DNA of 64,000 bases from an uncultured virus (IMG/VR IMGVR_UViG_3300028638_000009) (Duplodnaviria; Heunggongvirae; Uroviricota; Caudoviricetes), in the IMG/VR virus record IMGVR_UViG_3300028638_000009; one strand, given 5' to 3'. The stretch's first letter is position 1, and each line of letters begins with the position of its first letter. Positions 30,901 through 38,738 of this stretch are shown one piece after another. The notes under the pieces were generated by a model. The model was not told the DNA's origin and searched no databases. It saw only the letters and a program-made list of their open reading frames with translations. The position numbers and the translations under genes were made by a program.

Positions 30901-31916
30901 CTAGAAAGCACCTACTTAATAAAGATGCGTATGAGGATGCTGAAGGGTATGTAAATCCCGGGTATTCTCTTAGGGCGCTCGGCAGTAATCATCTTGGCGC
31001 CGACATGCGTAAATTTCTAAAGAGTACTAAATTTACAGAAAGAACCGGAAAATCGCTAGGTCAAGTAATGGAAGGGTTGAATACAGCAGTGGCTGGTCTT
31101 TCTGCTGAGTCATCTGCCATACTGATGAAAGCCTTGAACGGCGAAACTTTAAGTGAAGTAGAAAAGAAAGCTTTACATGACTCCGGAGAGTTGACCGGCA
31201 AAGATTTGACCCCATTTGTAGACTCAATACGTGGACATGAAAACGGAACTGTCAAGATGACTGGGGAGCAGATAGCATGGGCAAAAAAAATGTTGACCCA
31301 GTCCAGAATCGCTAAAGAGGGTAGAAAGTCTGAAGCACTAAAAAGTGAAGTTAGTTCCGGACTGGATAAAAAAATAGCTATGGCCAGAGCAGCTGGAAAT
31401 GAAGAGCTTGCCAAATACTACGAATCTCTAAAGCAGAATGTTAACGCTGCCGAAGATGACAACTCGGCATATAATAAACTAATTGACACGTTTAAAAATG
31501 GCTCAGATAAACTAAAATCAGAGATAGGCATGTCTACCGAGGATAAAGCAGACATGATAGCCATAGCTAAGGAAGAGACAGTAGAATTCAATAAGCTAGC
31601 ACAATCTACCCAGGATAAAATGCTAGAGTTGGCTATGGTAGGTAGGAATCCAGAAGATAGGGATAAAGTGCTGAAGGAGCTGAATGGCCAAAAAGTTGAA
31701 TTTGGTGGGAAGCACAAACAATATGGAAAAGAAGTGTTTGAAGATAAATTATCCGAACAGGCGCTGGACGCCCTGGACGAAACTCAAGAACAAACAGGCC
31801 CATCTGGGGTTAAACCTGGAGACGCCGTCGCCGTCACAGAGAAATCTATAGAAACATTAAAAGACGCCGCATTGGTTCTCAGAGAATGCGCCCGTGCTCT
31901 CAGACTTATGAATTGA
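27897..31916 (+). CDS. Tape measure protein
   Basis: 1339 aa, Ala/Gly/Met-rich helical, follows the frameshifted chaperone pair. Confidence 0.8.
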   Translation: MSIPSPYSWNPSTARDLSNLSRNNAQFSSTTEWGWTNAVGGHYFGTNPQLPSSYSRIQYNEERELAAKGYTHGTATAVGAFAVGAAATYGFWGSPIQDLARWTNNGVPKAVLEKTGFATATAWKDALGDNASKLFDKAGMYRGTSSPIARIASSSFNFWAGVNAAGSNFGHKLGEGLGRAAGTLVGQTARGAANLGGMVVGSGLDYIAGGMPSAVTGWIGETGKELAESGAKSSAAYLKNFYKEAAESSLQKGFSTLVPGAPQSVSALRAATPATPGLFSMNTVYRAKGAIGKMMATNSFRAATGMAAGWVAGGAAYVGGALGSMFLNPVSLATMYATDKGIQYAGDIYSNFKSVHEMEKAMVAKSDRILQFGAADNDRGIAGGFSAAQRARVVDTVQKMASQAASSGDMFGMGSNSIFGGHKAYTDRLKELKSILNVGTDMGMFDQLRSFEEFEKKFSQTVKMVDKMSKFIKKSKGEVMALMAGMQQEGVFDPTMAANKIARRDFAAKLTGVDIGTTMMESNAFSQMSNQAGFGFGFGGDRASENRIMLSRARRTGMMTRETEARLGGEQQILTDMFASDLAMLQDQKVMAGLSLAVRRDPVTGKVTFDRSALERDAEAANTYEGAREAGRKRAQHIWGMAYSDMLGARVEGGAFYDNSFNVKEAIATGVITSKDINRHLINMVQQRHMEMNPGGSTMGRREALTLGLMQFGGLSREQAMIKAAEYSGNFKDQEMTENLAVNNERIRQEVEDNSISGSWSNIAAYYASKTAAMVTNMAGLGGWVNDELKGSVDEDTIKYYGYFAETGKEMETREAARRRLKGASTEEIVSSMSVKEMKEILRYKTEMAPPPKEVVDEADELSRIESAMLAGNVMGQQMKSNSALREGMRISFGSATGYATDGTAMRYSLESLLNKEYEDADYSDVMELARRALAGEKINITEANADRFGKLMGAMRVEATLRAGGDKGKLDEFDRGFETINKNIEYGKDKVSASEKAARDSRKHLLNKDAYEDAEGYVNPGYSLRALGSNHLGADMRKFLKSTKFTERTGKSLGQVMEGLNTAVAGLSAESSAILMKALNGETLSEVEKKALHDSGELTGKDLTPFVDSIRGHENGTVKMTGEQIAWAKKMLTQSRIAKEGRKSEALKSEVSSGLDKKIAMARAAGNEELAKYYESLKQNVNAAEDDNSAYNKLIDTFKNGSDKLKSEIGMSTEDKADMIAIAKEETVEFNKLAQSTQDKMLELAMVGRNPEDRDKVLKELNGQKVEFGGKHKQYGKEVFEDKLSEQALDALDETQEQTGPSGVKPGDAVAVTEKSIETLKDAALVLRECARALRLMN

Positions 31917-31928
31917 TAGGAGTTTATT

Positions 31929-33794
31929 ATGGCAACCACAATAAACCAACCAATGCAGAATACTAAAAACTACAAGAGCATATACTTTAACCCAGAATAT
32001 GCTAAAAAATCTACGGGTGATCAGGCGCTAAAAACTCAGTACAGCGGAAGCGAATCCAACCCGCGGGGGCTTACGGATATAACTGGAAAACATGGTACTG
32101 GCGGGAATACCACCTTAGTTCAGCATAGAGTAGCCACCGCGTTGGATTCAGCCATAACCTCCAGCTCCAATAACCCAGAGTTCGTTAAGACTATGGGCAA
32201 GGACTGGGTGCCTAAAATAAAGAGTGGGCAGTCTAATACATACGCTTCAGATAAGATGGACTCCACTCAGTTTAAAGGATCAATAGGACAATCAGTGATT
32301 GTGGATGGCTCTGACTTGATGGGGGACCCCGCCAAATATAAAGCATTTGTAAAACAGATGGAAGCCAGTGGATTCAGCTATATGAAGGCTGCCCCACTAG
32401 GATCTGACTATTCAAACGATATAGTCCTGACATACACTGGAGTGACCCTGGCAGAAAAGCAGGCTATTAAAAAAGAAAAGACAGAGTATATCGCGCGTGA
32501 AATACAAGCAGATCTAGCCCTCGCGGATGAAAAGGCCAACAGCGCCAGACGCATAAAAGAACAGCAACTGTCCAATTTTTTAAAAACTAAGGGGGCGGGA
32601 AGCTCTGTGGGGTCTATGCTCAATATAGAGACTGAAAGCCCCGCTTTTCCATCTAAATACACGACCCCTTTCATGTCCCCAATTCCACCATCTTCTACTC
32701 AGCAACAGATACTGGAATCAATAACCAATAAATCCCCAGTGACCAAGTTCTCCATCTATGACACTCCATCAGATATCGCTAACTTCGATAAGGTAAAATC
32801 AGATACCGCTGCGTACAAAGCAGCAACTTCTCCGGACAAGCTGGAAAAGAATGTGTACGGAGATAAATGCCCTATCGGGTTCGAAGCCAAGATAGACATG
32901 CCTGCTCAGATAAGAATTTATCCTGCTGCTGGAGCAAATGAGCAAGAGTTCAATCGGAGCATGTATAACTATGGCAAGTCTTCGGTCGGGTTCATTGACT
33001 GTTTTCTATTAAGATCAGTACAGTCTAGGTTGGAAGAACGCTACTTCATATTCCAGTCGTTAAACGGGGACACCGTATCCTTCTTCTTCGGAGCTAAGCC
33101 AACTATATATTCCTTTAGTGGAGCACTGTTGGATACCTACAACCAACAATGGTTTAACGACTTTAGATTCTTTTACGAAGAGTATCTCCGCGGAACTATG
33201 TCCATATCAAATAATACCCGTATAATGATGGTGTACGAAGACCAGATTATAGAAGGGTTTATCCTGGACATGAACATGAGTAAATCAGCAGAGATGAATG
33301 TGTTGGCAAACTTCGAGTTCAGCATGTTGATGGTGCAGCGTACGCATGTGAATGGGTACAATACTCCGGTAGAACGGGGGTCTTCCATACTCTCCGATTC
33401 CAGTGTGCAGGTAGCCAGCTCTAACACCCCTGGATCCACCATAGTTTCAGGCATACAACACATGACTAACCTCATGAATGGGCTACCAAACATGGACATA
33501 ATATCCGGACAAGACACATGGAAGAAAGTGTCTAGTGCTATGTTCGGACCTCCAGGACTTCCTACTGAGGAAGTAGAAAAGCAGACTCTTGACAACGAGA
33601 TTAGAAAAGAGCAGAACAAGACAGAGACCCCTAAGTCCCCATATGAGGTTCGTCAGGCAATAGCCAATGCAAAACCTGGAACAGTTATGGGAGATATGAT
33701 TGCATTAAAGAAAGCGTCGGAGTTGAGTATAGAAGAAAAACTTAGTATACTGAATCAACCGAGTGGAAACACCAGATTAAATCGATTTATTTAG
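31929..33794 (+). CDS. Putative baseplate / tube-initiator protein
   Basis: After tape measure; FLLRSVQ..EER...FFFG.KP.IYSFSG.LLD tube-like motif. Confidence 0.55.
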   Translation: MATTINQPMQNTKNYKSIYFNPEYAKKSTGDQALKTQYSGSESNPRGLTDITGKHGTGGNTTLVQHRVATALDSAITSSSNNPEFVKTMGKDWVPKIKSGQSNTYASDKMDSTQFKGSIGQSVIVDGSDLMGDPAKYKAFVKQMEASGFSYMKAAPLGSDYSNDIVLTYTGVTLAEKQAIKKEKTEYIAREIQADLALADEKANSARRIKEQQLSNFLKTKGAGSSVGSMLNIETESPAFPSKYTTPFMSPIPPSSTQQQILESITNKSPVTKFSIYDTPSDIANFDKVKSDTAAYKAATSPDKLEKNVYGDKCPIGFEAKIDMPAQIRIYPAAGANEQEFNRSMYNYGKSSVGFIDCFLLRSVQSRLEERYFIFQSLNGDTVSFFFGAKPTIYSFSGALLDTYNQQWFNDFRFFYEEYLRGTMSISNNTRIMMVYEDQIIEGFILDMNMSKSAEMNVLANFEFSMLMVQRTHVNGYNTPVERGSSILSDSSVQVASSNTPGSTIVSGIQHMTNLMNGLPNMDIISGQDTWKKVSSAMFGPPGLPTEEVEKQTLDNEIRKEQNKTETPKSPYEVRQAIANAKPGTVMGDMIALKKASELSIEEKLSILNQPSGNTRLNRFI

Positions 33795-33803
33795 GATTAA
33801 CCG

Positions 33804-35936
33804 ATGCAAGTATCCGGCAAGCACATACGATACACTTTATATGTGGAAGGTGTTAGAGTCCCTATAAGCTCCCTGGCCGTAAGATCTATATCTGGATCCG
33901 GGGCGTCATTAGTAGTGGATATTCTACCTATCAAAGAAGGCTTACTGTTTACCAAAGGGATGGTAGTGCAGTTGTTTAAACAGGAAGGAACTTCTGAGCC
34001 TGTATTGAAGTTTCACGGGCTGCTAAAGAATAAAGTATACAATAAAGAATTTGGATCCAGGCAGCTAAGTCTAGAGATAGGGTCTATCGACTGCAGATGG
34101 GATGTCATGACTGTTGTAGAGTTTGGCAACAGAAATATATCTGCTGGTGGCAGAATAAGTGCTAAAGAGGCGGAGAAGTACGCCGCGGACTTGCCCAATG
34201 GGATTAGAATAATTCCAGATGGGTCACCGACGAATGTAGAAAGCCATTTAAGATCGGAAGATACCGCTGTGGTATTAAGCGGAGATGCTATAATCTCTGC
34301 TGGACTGCAAGTAGGTCAAGGGTATTCCAACCAGAATCTAGTACTGGCCCCGGATATAAGAAAGACCATTCTAACTGAAGCCCTAAAAGGGTACAACATG
34401 TCGTATTCTAACGCGATAACAAGCGCGATAGATGTGGCAATAAAGAAGAATAAAGGCGATATTCTGGCTGCGGTAATAGACATGATCCAGTTCATATATC
34501 AGTCATCCAACCCCTACAACTGGAAGATAGAAATGCCAAGGGCTAAGCTGTTAGAATCGCTGCGGCCCCTGCCAGATACTGGAATGGGCACTAGATTAGG
34601 GCTATTGGAATCCACTACAGAGTCAACCACTAATGCCACGAGGTCTAGACCCATTGGAAAGATAGACGCATTTATTAAATATGTAGATTCCATAGTAGGA
34701 AGCGCTAGATCCAGTATGCAGCTTAAACCGCTGATACTACAGTTGCTGGACCTAATATTCTTTAAGATGTCAGTAGACTGTACCACTATAGATGGCAGCC
34801 TATTATTCCATCCTCTCATGCATTCGTATTTCCCTCCTTGTTGCAACGTCATATTCCCTAACATGTACAGGGCGCTGTCTTTCAACCCTAATAGCTGGGT
34901 AGAGCCTACTAGAACTATTATGGCGTTCCCTATTAAAGCGGGTAACGGTCAGATGGCCACACCAGGAAACGCCTTTTCGTCTGTGTCCTATGTGGCAATA
35001 GCAAATCACGCAGATGCGTTCTTTAAGGATATAAAAAGTGTGCTTAACAGTGTGCCTGTGGGAGCAAACTCAGACATATCCACGCAAGTCAGCATGCAGA
35101 GGTTTGCGTTTGATATAATGTCCCAAGAAGAAACTATGGTTGGGGCCACAATAAATTCCAGGGGAGCCGGAAATCCCCTTCTTGCGTCATTAAGCGATTC
35201 TGACGCCGAAATATACGCAGATTTTATGCACTTCATGGCGAGAGGAAGCGTAAGAGGGTGCAACGTGACAGGAGAACTGTTAGATGATCTTGCAGTGGGT
35301 ATGCCAATACTTATATTAGATTATGAATTCAGCGTTCTAGGCGTGCTAGAGGGGGTATCGTACTCTGTTGACAGCAACGGATCGGTGTCCTCTCAACTGG
35401 AAATAGGATGTCCCAAGATGATAATGACCATCGATGAGCTTCCTCCTCCTCCGTTATGGCTAAACATAGAAGCCCTACTTCCAGAGAGAATAAGTGGAAT
35501 GTATGAGAAGGTATATGGATGTGGATCTATATATACTACGGATGCTCCAGGTTTGTCGCCTACTGCTTCTTCCACATCACAAATTCAAGCATGTATTAGA
35601 TACCTTACTGACGCCTATGAAAGCGCCCCAGATAAGAGAATATTTGCAGAAAAATATCGCGCCAGAAACAAAGTGACTATGACTGATGTGTATACTAAGA
35701 CATATAAGTGTACCCCTAAAAAGGCGTCCGGGTCGGTATCTGATACAGAAGTATCAGATGTTCTTGTATGGGTAGGAAGTGCTACTAACACTAATGACAC
35801 TGGCATGGACTTTAACGCTTACACGCTTAAAGAGGCCGATGGAAGTACAGCTAAGCATACTCCAGTTGACAAACAGGCCAGAGTATTGGAATATGTAAAA
35901 GCCTACTATAACAAGCCGGGTTTGATTGCAAAATAA
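33804..35936 (+). CDS. Putative baseplate hub protein
   Basis: LYVEGVRVPI start, PPCCNVIFP, C-terminal beta-barrel pattern; position. Confidence 0.55.
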   Translation: MQVSGKHIRYTLYVEGVRVPISSLAVRSISGSGASLVVDILPIKEGLLFTKGMVVQLFKQEGTSEPVLKFHGLLKNKVYNKEFGSRQLSLEIGSIDCRWDVMTVVEFGNRNISAGGRISAKEAEKYAADLPNGIRIIPDGSPTNVESHLRSEDTAVVLSGDAIISAGLQVGQGYSNQNLVLAPDIRKTILTEALKGYNMSYSNAITSAIDVAIKKNKGDILAAVIDMIQFIYQSSNPYNWKIEMPRAKLLESLRPLPDTGMGTRLGLLESTTESTTNATRSRPIGKIDAFIKYVDSIVGSARSSMQLKPLILQLLDLIFFKMSVDCTTIDGSLLFHPLMHSYFPPCCNVIFPNMYRALSFNPNSWVEPTRTIMAFPIKAGNGQMATPGNAFSSVSYVAIANHADAFFKDIKSVLNSVPVGANSDISTQVSMQRFAFDIMSQEETMVGATINSRGAGNPLLASLSDSDAEIYADFMHFMARGSVRGCNVTGELLDDLAVGMPILILDYEFSVLGVLEGVSYSVDSNGSVSSQLEIGCPKMIMTIDELPPPPLWLNIEALLPERISGMYEKVYGCGSIYTTDAPGLSPTASSTSQIQACIRYLTDAYESAPDKRIFAEKYRARNKVTMTDVYTKTYKCTPKKASGSVSDTEVSDVLVWVGSATNTNDTGMDFNAYTLKEADGSTAKHTPVDKQARVLEYVKAYYNKPGLIAK

Positions 35937-35945
35937 GGAGCATAT

Positions 35946-36653
35946 ATGGCTAAGACTAAACAAGAAGAAGTTGAACTGTGGAGAACATGGAAGGCCAATC
36001 CTAACAATCAGACGCTCAAGCCGCTGCTTAAATCGTTGGAGCCTATCATAGAGCACCATGTAAACAAGATGCATGGTAATCTTCCGAGGTCTGCACTAAA
36101 AGCCCAGATGACTAAGCTAACCATAAACGCCCTTGACGGCTACGACCCTGAGAAGGCTCAGCTAAATACCTATCTGTTTAATACCGCTGGGCAGAAATTA
36201 CATCGATATGTGTACACGTATCAGAATATGGGTCAGATACCAGAGCCTAGAATTATTCAGATAGGCACCTACAACAGGATTAAATCCAACCTGGAGCAGG
36301 AGCTGGGAAGGCCGCCTACTTACACTGAAATAGCCGATGAAATGAAGGTTCCACCTAAGCAACTAAAACTCCTGGAAAAAGAGTTGCGGCAGGATCTAAT
36401 CCAGGACATAAACTATGTAAATGTGTACGACCAGAACACATCTGAGCTGGATGACAGTATCATCATGCTTCATGCAGAGCTGTATGGAATGGACAGAGAA
36501 GTTATGGAATATGTATACGGACTTAACGGTAAGCCCGCGCTGTCCAATACTGAGATAGCATCCACACTGGGGATTAGCCCTAGCATGATAACTCAAATCA
36601 AATCCAAGATAGCCGGACGACTAAAGTCCAGCGGAGCACTGAGAGGCTACTGA
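35946..36653 (+). CDS. Phage sigma70-family RNA polymerase factor (FliA/SigB-like layout)
   Basis: YDPEKAQLNTY (region 2), LEQELGRPPTYTEIA (region 3), C-terminal HTH EIASTLGISPSMITQI. Confidence 0.88.
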   Translation: MAKTKQEEVELWRTWKANPNNQTLKPLLKSLEPIIEHHVNKMHGNLPRSALKAQMTKLTINALDGYDPEKAQLNTYLFNTAGQKLHRYVYTYQNMGQIPEPRIIQIGTYNRIKSNLEQELGRPPTYTEIADEMKVPPKQLKLLEKELRQDLIQDINYVNVYDQNTSELDDSIIMLHAELYGMDREVMEYVYGLNGKPALSNTEIASTLGISPSMITQIKSKIAGRLKSSGALRGY

Positions 36654-38293
36654 TGTCTGACGGACTATCAAAGGTACTGGAATTTACCGACCATAGAAGA
36701 AAAGAAGTGGCTAATACCAAAAAGCTGGTGACCATGCTCAAGGACACGAGCGATTATGGCATGGCCAGGCTTACTAATACCATATCAAAGAATATGGGAT
36801 CGGACAAAACTACCACGGAGCTATCTAGAGCCGCAAAAGAAGTATCCAACATAGTTGCATCGGTACTAACAGAGATACCAGAACGAGTTAAAAGCAAGAA
36901 CTACGAAGAGGATGTGTTATTTTCCCAGTTCTCCGCGTTAAGTCAGCAGATGTTTATGAGCGATGATATAGCTAAGAACGTGGAGGGATTGGTTTCTGCC
37001 TCTGCCAAGTCTTTAGCAACTACCGTAGGTGGATTAGAATCGGACATAGACACATTGGGCAAGGATGCGTTGTCCTTCATGGACGAATTCGCCCAGATAG
37101 TTAAAAAAGTTCCGATACCATCTACAATAGATAAGATGTCAGCGGCTATCCCTGATGTGGAGGCTTCTATAAAAGCGGCTTTGGATAAGACCTCTGCGCT
37201 GCAATCGCGCATATCCTCGGGTAAGGATTTTTCAGATTTCAGAATAACAGACTTAGTGTCTAGTTTGAATAACATATCTTCCATGATCCCCTCTAAAGGG
37301 GCTGAGTTTGCATTCTCAGGAAATGCGATGTCCATGGTAGACAGGGCGTCCTCAGCTATGGACACACTTCAGCAGATACAGTCATGGAAGACCCGGCTGG
37401 AGAGTTACAAGGATCAGGTAGCCACTATAGTTAAGCCAGGAGATATATTCAACAAGAATTTTTCACAGATATACAAAGCATTGGAATCATCTAGTTCTAT
37501 GCTTGGATCCATACCTGGTATGCTTAAATCTAACCCAGCCGCTGCTTTGTCGGCGTTTGGAGATCTAAAGAGTAAAGCAGATGCAGTAGCTGGATTGATA
37601 ACTTCTCTGGGAAATACCAAGATAAAAGATAAACTATCCGATCTGGGCACCCAATCTAATAAACAGATGCAGTCATTTACTAGAAGACTGAATGGGGTAC
37701 AACTTCCCTTCGATGAGATAGGACAGCTTAAATATAATCTCAAGGCGATAACCAAGACGGCGGAGAAGTATGCTACCGGGATGTTGAAAACATCTGCCCC
37801 TACTATTATAGAAAAATTAAGAGCCAATACCGAGAGCATTCTTGGGACAATAAAGAGCTCTCTTGGAACTTTTAAAACTGTGCTAAATGCCTACGATCCT
37901 CCGGCCACTACTGACGTAAAGGTGTTCATGGACTCAATAGGCAAAATAGCCCCAGCTGCAAGAGATGCCCTTATCCAGGGGCAAATAACAGATTTCAAGA
38001 AAACTCTGGAAAGCCCAGCCTTCCTCACTAAAGCTGGTAACGCGGTAGCGGCGCTAGGAGAATTCTCCGCTAAAGCCAGAACTAAACTTACCTCTGCCGA
38101 TATGAACATGATAAATATCGTATCCAATTACTTGTCAGGGGAACACAAAAGAGCTATGATGTCTATGTGGATAGCAAATCTAGCGAGTCAAAGGAGTTCT
38201 GCTGCTAAGTCATTGGACAGCTTCGTTTCCTCTTTCATACATCCGATAGAGATAATAACGCAGCTGATGCAGAGTAAGTATCCAGATGTCTGA
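36653..38293 (+). CDS. Hypothetical helical protein (virion cluster)
   Basis: 546 aa, coupled to both neighbours. Confidence 0.6.
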   Translation: MSDGLSKVLEFTDHRRKEVANTKKLVTMLKDTSDYGMARLTNTISKNMGSDKTTTELSRAAKEVSNIVASVLTEIPERVKSKNYEEDVLFSQFSALSQQMFMSDDIAKNVEGLVSASAKSLATTVGGLESDIDTLGKDALSFMDEFAQIVKKVPIPSTIDKMSAAIPDVEASIKAALDKTSALQSRISSGKDFSDFRITDLVSSLNNISSMIPSKGAEFAFSGNAMSMVDRASSAMDTLQQIQSWKTRLESYKDQVATIVKPGDIFNKNFSQIYKALESSSSMLGSIPGMLKSNPAAALSAFGDLKSKADAVAGLITSLGNTKIKDKLSDLGTQSNKQMQSFTRRLNGVQLPFDEIGQLKYNLKAITKTAEKYATGMLKTSAPTIIEKLRANTESILGTIKSSLGTFKTVLNAYDPPATTDVKVFMDSIGKIAPAARDALIQGQITDFKKTLESPAFLTKAGNAVAALGEFSAKARTKLTSADMNMINIVSNYLSGEHKRAMMSMWIANLASQRSSAAKSLDSFVSSFIHPIEIITQLMQSKYPDV

Positions 38294-38735
38294 CATAAAC
38301 ATTTTAGCGGTACACCCCAAATCAAGAAGAGTTACCTTCGCCTTCAACACTGTTCCAAAGGCCGCACGAGGCATGGAAGTTCTGCTTCAGCTGTGTGCCA
38401 AGACAGTTTTGACGACTCCGGGAATAGATATATTTGCCCCACAATACGGCGGGGGATTACTCTCTTACTCTGCTAGAGGATTGAGCACTGCAGATATCCC
38501 TCGCATATCAGCGGACATGGCCCATATAATCTCTTTGTCAGAAAGACAGATTATACTGGAGCAATCCGCTACTGACATTCTTCCAGAAGAAAGACTTAAA
38601 TCGCTTACTTTGCTGTCTATAGAATACCTGGAAGACGAAGGCTGCCTGGAAGTTAGGGCGCTTATTGTGTCTGAAGCAGGGGAGCAGGCGGATATCAGTT
38701 TGGCGAATCAGATAAGAATTAAAAGGACGGAGTAA
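38286..38735 (+). CDS. Baseplate wedge gp25-like protein
   Basis: LTTPG.D.F.PQYGGGL and PEERL motifs; precedes baseplate J. Confidence 0.75.
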   Translation: MSDINILAVHPKSRRVTFAFNTVPKAARGMEVLLQLCAKTVLTTPGIDIFAPQYGGGLLSYSARGLSTADIPRISADMAHIISLSERQIILEQSATDILPEERLKSLTLLSIEYLEDEGCLEVRALIVSEAGEQADISLANQIRIKRTE

Positions 38736-38738
38736 CCG

